Program-made: the position numbers and the translations under genes | The notes under the pieces: model-generated | What the model saw: the letters and a program-made list of their open reading frames with translations, nothing else | Told to the model about the DNA's origin: nothing | Databases searched by the model: none | Shown: piece by piece, positions 57,560-64,000 of the stretch | Numbering within the stretch: position 1 is the stretch's first letter | Layout: each line of letters starts with the position of its first letter | Origin: Candidatus Latescibacterota bacterium | GTDB lineage: Bacteria; Latescibacterota; UBA2968 | Direction of reading: 5' to 3' | NCBI GenBank assembly: GCA_965222605.1 | Contig: OZ244960.1 | Location: forward strand, 3,904,001-3,968,000 | DNA: 64,000 nucleotides

Positions 57560-58498
57560 ATGGCTTTTGATGAAATAGGTGAGACGGGTATCCAGCAAGT
57601 GAATGACTCCATGAAGATTCTTATGGGGGAGTTGAATAATTTCCAGGATATTGCCCGCTACGTCAAACCATTGCCGGGGGAAATACCCACGCTCGATGGT
57701 ATTGATATTTACGGTGAGACCATTCCGCTCAACGGTATTGTGGGTGGCGATCATATTGTCTATGTTGATTTTAAGAAGCGCTACGATCTCGATGCTCGGA
57801 TAAAAAAAGCCCGCGGTCGCGGGCAGGATGATGTTGTCAAAAAGCTGGAGGAATGTCGCTTTAAAGCGGGTGTGGCAGTGGCCGATGTTTCGGGGCACCA
57901 AATTACGGACGCGCTTCTCGCCGCGATGCTTCACCAGGCTTTTTTGATGGGTGCGATTTACGAAATGGATTATTATGGCAATATCACGGCCAAGTTGTTT
58001 GAAAATCTCAATACGCGGTTTTACAATTCGTCGAGTCTCAGCAAATTTATTACGATGATTTACGGTGAGATATCTCAGGAGGGACATTTCCAGTTCTTAT
58101 CGGCGGGGCATCCCATGCCGCTGGTCTATTCGCGCAAGTACAAAGGTATTGTCGAAGTGCCCGAAGATAGAATGATTGCTTCTCCGCCCATTGGTACGTT
58201 TCCTTCGCAACGCGACATTGATCGCAATATCAATGAGAGTGTGCTCGGCTTTAAGGAAGAATATGAACTTAACGAATGGGATTTAATGGGCGCGGGCGAT
58301 ATTCTCATTCTTTACACCGATGGTCTAATTGAACACCACCGCAATGGCGAGTTTTACGCGCCGCATTATCTCGAACAAAAACTCCGCGAGATTGAAGACT
58401 TGACTTCCAAAGAAATTTTCCACGCCATCAAAGAAGACCTCATCGCTTTCAATGCACCCGATGATGATATCAGTTATGTTATTATTAAGCGACATTAA
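57560..58498 (+). CDS. SpoIIE/RsbU-type PP2C phosphatase
   Basis: VGGD, ADVSGH, FITMIYG, SAGHP, LYTDGL, DDIS. Confidence 0.88.
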   Translation: MAFDEIGETGIQQVNDSMKILMGELNNFQDIARYVKPLPGEIPTLDGIDIYGETIPLNGIVGGDHIVYVDFKKRYDLDARIKKARGRGQDDVVKKLEECRFKAGVAVADVSGHQITDALLAAMLHQAFLMGAIYEMDYYGNITAKLFENLNTRFYNSSSLSKFITMIYGEISQEGHFQFLSAGHPMPLVYSRKYKGIVEVPEDRMIASPPIGTFPSQRDIDRNINESVLGFKEEYELNEWDLMGAGDILILYTDGLIEHHRNGEFYAPHYLEQKLREIEDLTSKEIFHAIKEDLIAFNAPDDDISYVIIKRH

Positions 58499-58562
58499 AT
58501 CACGGGTTGTGGTCCAACATACTTCGCCCTGGGCCTGATCAACAGGTCTGCCTCCTGCTGCA

Positions 58563-59798
58563 CTATCCTTCTTCTACCTCATCCAATGCGCCTACTTTTC
58601 TCAAGCGCGGGGAAGCTATTGCTGTTATACCTGTAACCAAAAGCGTTCCGATGCCGCCGCTTACTACGGAAAATACAGGTCCATACAATTCTGCTACGCC
58701 TCCAGATTCGAGGCCTCCCAGTTCATTTGACGCGCTTACAAATACTCCGTTTACAGCGGATACCCTGCCGCGCATTGCATCGGGGGTGATTAACTGTACG
58801 AGTGTGTGGCGAATGACCATGCTCACGTTGTCAAATGCCCCGGTCAAGACGAGCATCGCAAATGACAACCAGAAGTTTTCCGATAATCCAAATACAATGG
58901 TTGCTATGCCAAATCCGGCCACGGTGAGGAGTAAATTTCTGCCGGCTTTTTTCATTGGCGGCAAGTGTGCCAGTGTCAGTGCCATTATCAGGGCGCCCGC
59001 CGCGGGTGCTGATCGCAAAATTCCGAATCCCTGGGATCCCACATTTAAGATGTCCTGCGCGTAAATCGGCAATAAATACACGGCCCCGCCCAATAGCACG
59101 GCAAACATGTCCAGTGCCATGAGCGACAAAAGCAATTGGTTGTTCTTCAGAAATACCAGCCCGCCCATCAGATTTTGCAGCGGTGAAACCCGCGCTGCAT
59201 TTTTATCGCGTTCTACGGGCGGTACGCGCAATCGGGATAATACCAGCAAAAACCATCCTGTACATCCGGCACTTGCCAGGTACGCCGCAGGGACATAGAC
59301 CGCTGCAATCAAGCCTCCGATCATAGGTCCCACTACCCACGCCATTTGCATTAAACTCATGCTCCATGCTACGGCATTGGGAAACATCTCGCGCGGTACC
59401 AGTTGCGGTACAATTGCCCGCCGTGCAGGCGCACCGAGTACGGTTATTGCAGCATCGACCACGAGCAGGGCGTACATCAGGGCAATTGGTCCTTGCTTCC
59501 ACGACACTGCGGCCAGAGCCAGAGAGGTTATGGTCGTGCCCGTTAAGCTCAACATCATGACTGTGCGTCGGTTAAAGCGGTCGGCGAGATAACCTGCCGG
59601 GAGTGCTAAGATCATTGTCGGCAATGCAATCGCCAGGCCCACCAGGCCGAGCGCGAGTGCTTGCCCGGTGCGCGCATACATTTCCCATCCTATGGCGGCA
59701 CTCTGAATTTGCATTCCGACCAATGCGGCAAACCAACCCAGCGCGTATAACCGAAATTCCCTCACATGAAATGCTTCATAGGGATTGTGTTTTGTCAA
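58563..59798 (-). CDS. MFS transporter (EntS/DHA3-like)
   Basis: GYLADRFNRR motif A, ~12 hydrophobic segments, MRGRVS. Confidence 0.9.
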   Translation of the reverse strand: MTKHNPYEAFHVREFRLYALGWFAALVGMQIQSAAIGWEMYARTGQALALGLVGLAIALPTMILALPAGYLADRFNRRTVMMLSLTGTTITSLALAAVSWKQGPIALMYALLVVDAAITVLGAPARRAIVPQLVPREMFPNAVAWSMSLMQMAWVVGPMIGGLIAAVYVPAAYLASAGCTGWFLLVLSRLRVPPVERDKNAARVSPLQNLMGGLVFLKNNQLLLSLMALDMFAVLLGGAVYLLPIYAQDILNVGSQGFGILRSAPAAGALIMALTLAHLPPMKKAGRNLLLTVAGFGIATIVFGLSENFWLSFAMLVLTGAFDNVSMVIRHTLVQLITPDAMRGRVSAVNGVFVSASNELGGLESGGVAELYGPVFSVVSGGIGTLLVTGITAIASPRLRKVGALDEVEEG

Positions 59799-59975
59799 TA
59801 TGATTCCGTTTCACTTTTGTTCGTAAGAATTACGTCAGATTCAGACATGATAGCCAACTTACGCCCGATGTCAACACATCGCTAAAAGCTGTGTGTTTGC
59901 GCTTGACATTTCTTTGAATGATAACTATACATGTGTTCAGTATTTATCTGTTCAAAATAGTCTCAAGGAGAATCC

Positions 59976-60824
59976 ATGCGACGTACCTTTCAATTCGACG
60001 ACAATACCCCGCCTCTTTGTCGCCTGGGTCTGGCTACGCGCGGCAATACCCACTTGCAACCCGCCGATGTCCATTATGCGGTTGAGCGGGGTGTCAATTA
60101 TCTCAATTGGTGCGGTCGTCCCGATGGCTTGAGCCGCGCTGTTGCGGGCATGGGTGCGGAACGAGAGAAAATTGTACTGGCCTGGCAACTCAAATCCAGG
60201 GCTGCTTCAGGTGCCGAACGGGAGCTTGAAGATGCATTGTGCGAACTGAATACCGACTATATAGATGTTGTGACCTTTTACTATGTAGAAAGCGAAGGCG
60301 AATGGCGCGATATTGCGTCCAACGGGGGTGCGTACGAAGCCATGTTTCGCGCTCGTGAGCAGGGCAAGGTGCGCTTTCTCGGCCTTACAAGCCACCAGCG
60401 CAATATGGCCGCTCGCATTGCTGTGGGCGACCTCCGCGCGCCTGAACAGATTGCGTCCCGCCCTCTGGATATGCTCATGCTCCGCTATAATGCCGCGCAT
60501 CGCGGTGCAGAAGAGGATGTGTTTCCGTTGACCGATCCACGCAATATTCCGGTGGTTGTTTATACCTGCCTGCGCTGGGGCGCTTTGATGGAGCCTACCC
60601 CGGACGATCCGCCCAATTTTGTACCGCCTCCTGCAAGAGAATGGTACCGCTTTGCACTGGCCAATCCCTCCGTCGCTATTGCCATTGCAGCGCCCAATGA
60701 TCGCTCGGAACTCGAGCACGATTTTTCTTTGTTGGACGACTGGCGAGCGCCCTCTCCTGAAGAAAACGAGATGCTTATAGCACACGGAGACCGCGTGTAT
60801 CAACACGCTGGTCGCTTTCCATAG
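59976..60824 (+). CDS. Aldo/keto reductase family protein
   Basis: RLGL, GVNY, L..LNTDYID, GKVRFLGLTSH, RYNAAH. Confidence 0.8.
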   Translation: MRRTFQFDDNTPPLCRLGLATRGNTHLQPADVHYAVERGVNYLNWCGRPDGLSRAVAGMGAEREKIVLAWQLKSRAASGAERELEDALCELNTDYIDVVTFYYVESEGEWRDIASNGGAYEAMFRAREQGKVRFLGLTSHQRNMAARIAVGDLRAPEQIASRPLDMLMLRYNAAHRGAEEDVFPLTDPRNIPVVVYTCLRWGALMEPTPDDPPNFVPPPAREWYRFALANPSVAIAIAAPNDRSELEHDFSLLDDWRAPSPEENEMLIAHGDRVYQHAGRFP

Positions 60825-60861
60825 ATTTGTGACTGGAGTAAAAATAGAGAAAGGAATTCAC

Positions 60862-62550
60862 ATGGATACAAATGGAACGTATCAAGTCGCCGATCTGTGC
60901 GAGGCTGCAAGCGAGGGCGATGTAGCCAAAATTCAACATATTTTGGATGTGCAACCCAATCTGGTCAATGTTTACATGGCGGAAAACAACGAACACCTCG
61001 CCATTCACTACGCGGTTATGAATCAGCACGCGGATGCGGTGCGTGTGCTCATGGAGGCAGGTGCAGATCACACGGCGGGTATTTATCCCCACCGCGATGC
61101 CACGGACGCGCTTACCATAGCAGATGAACGCGGCATGGATGAGATTGTTCAGATTTTGCGAGAGGAAGACGAGAAACGCAAACTCGCTGCTTGTAAGAAT
61201 ATTACCATTACGGAAGATAATGACGCGCTCTTTGAGGCTGTCCAGGAGGGGCGCGATCGGGATGCGCTGGCGATTCTCGATCGGCAATCCGATTTGCTCG
61301 ACGCGTGCCATCGCAATGGCGGTAGTGTTATTTACGCTGCCGCATCTTATGGGCGTTACCATCTCGTTTGGGAATTGCTCAAGCGCGGTGCGGATATCAC
61401 CCATCTTACCCCCGAGGGCCAGTCGCCTCTCGACGGCGCTGTTCACAATATTCGCGGTCGCAACAGGCCACTTAACGAGGGGTGTTTGATTTGCGCGGGT
61501 ATTCTCCTTCAGGCGGGCTGCGAACAATCGCTTGAGTCTGCTGTCGCACTCGGAGATTTTGATTTTGTTCGCGCGTATGCAGAACGATATCCCGAACGCT
61601 TTCAATCCAATGATAGTGAGCGGGACGGTCTTCTGCAGATCGCTGTACAAAATGACAATCTTGATATGGTGCGCTTGTTGCTGGATCTGGGTCTCGATCC
61701 CGACGATAGATATCAACTTCACCACTACGAGTCCAAGCCCTATTCATGGGGCCAACCGCTGGCTCATGCGGCGGGTCACTCGCAGTATGAGATTGCCGAA
61801 CTTTTGCTCGAGCGCGGTGCCGATCCCAATGCCAGCATTTACGCGAGTGGCAATCCCATAGCGGCTGCGTATAATAATCGCGACGATAAAATGAAGGGTT
61901 TGCTGTTTCGATACGGTGGGGTTTTGGATCATATTACTGCTGGACTTGAAGGTGAGACTTCTGCTGCTGCGGTCGCGCTTCACAACGATCCGTCACTTGC
62001 TGAAAAACTCCTGTGGGCTGCGGGATGTGGGGGCGATCCAAATATTGTGGGGATGTGTCTGCGTCAACTCGAATGGGCTCCCGATGACAGCCGCTGGTTT
62101 GGTTTGCTCGAGCAACCTCTTCGCCTGTGGCGTACCCAGCCCCATCGCAGATTCCGCGACTTTGATTGCTCTGTTTATCCCGAGATTTTTCGCATGATTC
62201 TCGATCATGGCGTCAGTCCCAATCTGGTGGGGCGTTTCGGGTACCGCCTCGCCCATGATATGGCGGCATGCGGTGTCGTGTGGGGAGAGGTGATTATGAC
62301 TGAGTCCGAACGCGTCGCCTTTGCCACCATTCTCCTGGACTATGGTGCCGACCTCAATGTGATGGATGAGCTTTTGCAATCTACGCCGCTTGGCTGGGCC
62401 GTGCGATGGGGTAAATACGATCTCACGCGTCTCTATCTCGAGCGCGGTGCCGATCCCACACTGGCGGGTGCTGAATGGGCAACGCCACTCGCCTGGGCAG
62501 AAAAAAAAGGGTATGGGGATATTGCCGATCTTATCAAACGGTATCTTTAG
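60862..62550 (+). CDS. Ankyrin-repeat protein
   Basis: Repeated TPL.WA...G...LL..GAD motifs; AAGGA RBS before MDTNG. Confidence 0.9.
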   Translation: MDTNGTYQVADLCEAASEGDVAKIQHILDVQPNLVNVYMAENNEHLAIHYAVMNQHADAVRVLMEAGADHTAGIYPHRDATDALTIADERGMDEIVQILREEDEKRKLAACKNITITEDNDALFEAVQEGRDRDALAILDRQSDLLDACHRNGGSVIYAAASYGRYHLVWELLKRGADITHLTPEGQSPLDGAVHNIRGRNRPLNEGCLICAGILLQAGCEQSLESAVALGDFDFVRAYAERYPERFQSNDSERDGLLQIAVQNDNLDMVRLLLDLGLDPDDRYQLHHYESKPYSWGQPLAHAAGHSQYEIAELLLERGADPNASIYASGNPIAAAYNNRDDKMKGLLFRYGGVLDHITAGLEGETSAAAVALHNDPSLAEKLLWAAGCGGDPNIVGMCLRQLEWAPDDSRWFGLLEQPLRLWRTQPHRRFRDFDCSVYPEIFRMILDHGVSPNLVGRFGYRLAHDMAACGVVWGEVIMTESERVAFATILLDYGADLNVMDELLQSTPLGWAVRWGKYDLTRLYLERGADPTLAGAEWATPLAWAEKKGYGDIADLIKRYL

Positions 62551-62568
62551 AAAATGGATATTATCCAG

Positions 62569-62607
62569 AACGCCATCGGAAATGCTTTGCGATGGCGTTT
62601 TCTTTTT
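62569..62607 (+). terminator. Intrinsic terminator
   Basis: AACGCCATCG...CGATGGCGTT plus TTCTTTTT. Confidence 0.7.
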
Positions 62608-62666
62608 GTACCATGAAAGCTGACAAAGGTTGAGTGGTAGCAATTAAGACCAAAAGGAGATAGAGC

Positions 62667-63608
62667 ATGGTTCGCACGTTGATTGGCAGTCGATATTCAG
62701 AGGATGTGGAGGCGTTGTTGAAAGATGCGCCTTCTGAAGTTGAGGTGATATTTTTGCCAGAGGGAGAAAAGCAGGCCGATTATTTGTCGGGTGTGGAAGT
62801 GCTTTTTGGTCGGCTTGCCGAATCCGAATTTGACCGCGCAGATGCGTTGAAGTGGGTTCAGCAGCCCCATGCAGGGGCCGAAGGGCATTTGTATGAAAAA
62901 TTTAAGAATAGCGATATGGTTTTGACCAATGCGGGGGGATTGTTCGGTCCGCAAATTGCAGAACATGGGTTTGCACTTTTGTTGGCATTGACGCGACAGA
63001 TACACACGCAGTTGGAGTTTATGAAAAACAAGCACTGGGAGCGCGTGCCGTGTTTGGAATTGGCGGGTATGACGATGGGTATTATTGGATTGGGGGGCAT
63101 CGGGCAGGCGATTGCAGATCGCGCAAAAGCGTTTGAATTTCGGGTTATTGCCGTCGATCCCGAGGGTATGGATTGTCCCGATTCTGTGGATCTGTTGGAG
63201 AAGATGGATTATTTACCCGAACTCATGTCGCAGTCCAATGTGGTTATGGTGTGTTGCCCCAGCACGGCTGAAACACATAAGATGCTATCTGGTGACATGT
63301 TTGACCGATTGATAGAGGGTAGTTTTCTCATCAATGTCAGTCGGGGAAAGGTAGTGGATGAGGAGGCTATGGTTGCAGCGTTGCGGTCGGGTAAACTGGC
63401 GGGCATTGGGCTTGATGTGACCTATACGGAGCCATGTCCGAAAGATAGTCCACTGTGGACGGAACCCAATGTTATTTTGACATCGCACAGTGCGGGATCT
63501 TCACAGCATATTCGGAGGCGTGCTGTGGTGCGGTTTGTGGATAATTTGCACAGGTATGTGAATGGTGAGGCGCTGCAGAATGTGGTGGATAAGGAGAAGG
63601 GGTATTAG
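62667..63608 (+). CDS. D-2-hydroxyacid dehydrogenase family protein
   Basis: IAEH, GLGGIG, INVSRG, LDV..EP, TSH.AG, VDKEKGY. Confidence 0.92.
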   Translation: MVRTLIGSRYSEDVEALLKDAPSEVEVIFLPEGEKQADYLSGVEVLFGRLAESEFDRADALKWVQQPHAGAEGHLYEKFKNSDMVLTNAGGLFGPQIAEHGFALLLALTRQIHTQLEFMKNKHWERVPCLELAGMTMGIIGLGGIGQAIADRAKAFEFRVIAVDPEGMDCPDSVDLLEKMDYLPELMSQSNVVMVCCPSTAETHKMLSGDMFDRLIEGSFLINVSRGKVVDEEAMVAALRSGKLAGIGLDVTYTEPCPKDSPLWTEPNVILTSHSAGSSQHIRRRAVVRFVDNLHRYVNGEALQNVVDKEKGY

Positions 63609-63630
63609 GGACGGGGATTGCAAGTACTAC

Positions 63631-64000
63631 TTACTCACCTAAAAAAGATGCTTTCCAAAGATTTGCAAAGTGGTGTTTTACCCATTTCAACGGTTTTTGG
63701 GTGAGTGCGTTAAATCCACCCCACGTCCACCGCGTGAGGTGGGTTTTTTTTGCAATTTGCTGAAATAGTTCTCGACGGTCTGGATCTAACCAGTCGAGTG
63801 TGTCCGACATGTCTATCAATTCGCGCTCGTATTCCAGGGATACCATCGCCCGCATGTGTGCATCGACTTTGTCGGCTTCTTTTAATTTGGTTTTTGGACA
63901 TACGGTATATCGCTCTGTGGATAAGAAAGAAGATATCCATTGCCAGGGTACTTTGTCGTGTGCGGATTCAGCCGTGGCGTTGACCTGTGATACCTGATTC
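63631..64000 (-). CDS. C-terminal part of a hypothetical protein (5' end outside the window)
   Basis: Frame of the 63631..63855 ORF stays open to the window edge (NQVSQVNATAESAHDKVPWQW...). Confidence 0.55.
   Translation of the reverse strand, partial: NQVSQVNATAESAHDKVPWQWISSFLSTERYTVCPKTKLKEADKVDAHMRAMVSLEYERELIDMSDTLDWLDPDRRELFQQIAKKTHLTRWTWGGFNALTQKPLKWVKHHFANLWKASFLGE

Noticed and set aside
57560-58498. PP2C phosphatase as partner of the HipA kinase
   Set aside because: 30 kb away in a housekeeping context; no sequence evidence for a link

Overview
Bacterial chromosomal window with about 60 CDSs; no rRNA, tRNA or CRISPR array was recognised. Housekeeping and metabolic genes include thyA, folA, rimO, psd, an RluA-family synthase, three aldo/keto reductases, two phytanoyl-CoA dioxygenase-family proteins, a CoA-transferase/enoyl-CoA hydratase pair, a PL10 lyase, an ABC permease, a peroxiredoxin and an ankyrin protein. 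Three accessory blocks interrupt them. (1) A Schlafen/AlbA, UDG-like and zincin trio lies between folA and thyA (3.1-8.3 kb). (2) A ~16-kb defence island (14.6-30.5 kb) is bracketed by identical 26-bp GTAG REP copies. It holds a SIR2 (Dsr-like) protein, a coupled PLD-SNF2 helicase / N6-MTase / DprA-like operon, a reversed HipA-kinase/HipA-N pair, a complete IS with TIRs and a 6-bp TSD, and a leaderless orphan toxin-immunity-like pair. (3) A type I R-M locus (36.0-49.5 kb) carries a RAYT transposase, a palindromic DUF1016-like relic array, an Abi-like protein, a CapH/CapP-like HTH-peptidase switch facing two tiny genes, orphan antitoxins, hicBA and RloA/RloB. Gene content (PhyH paralogues, ankyrins, paired EF-hand/dockerin-like C-terminal tail) suggests a host- or sponge-associated Latescibacterota/Poribacteria-like organism; this is inference. 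The best candidates for undescribed systems are the helicase-MTase-DprA operon, the HTH/ImmA switch controlling yjzC plus an 86-aa gene, and the 110/90-aa toxin-immunity pair. All family assignments come from motif recognition by eye; no database searches were run.
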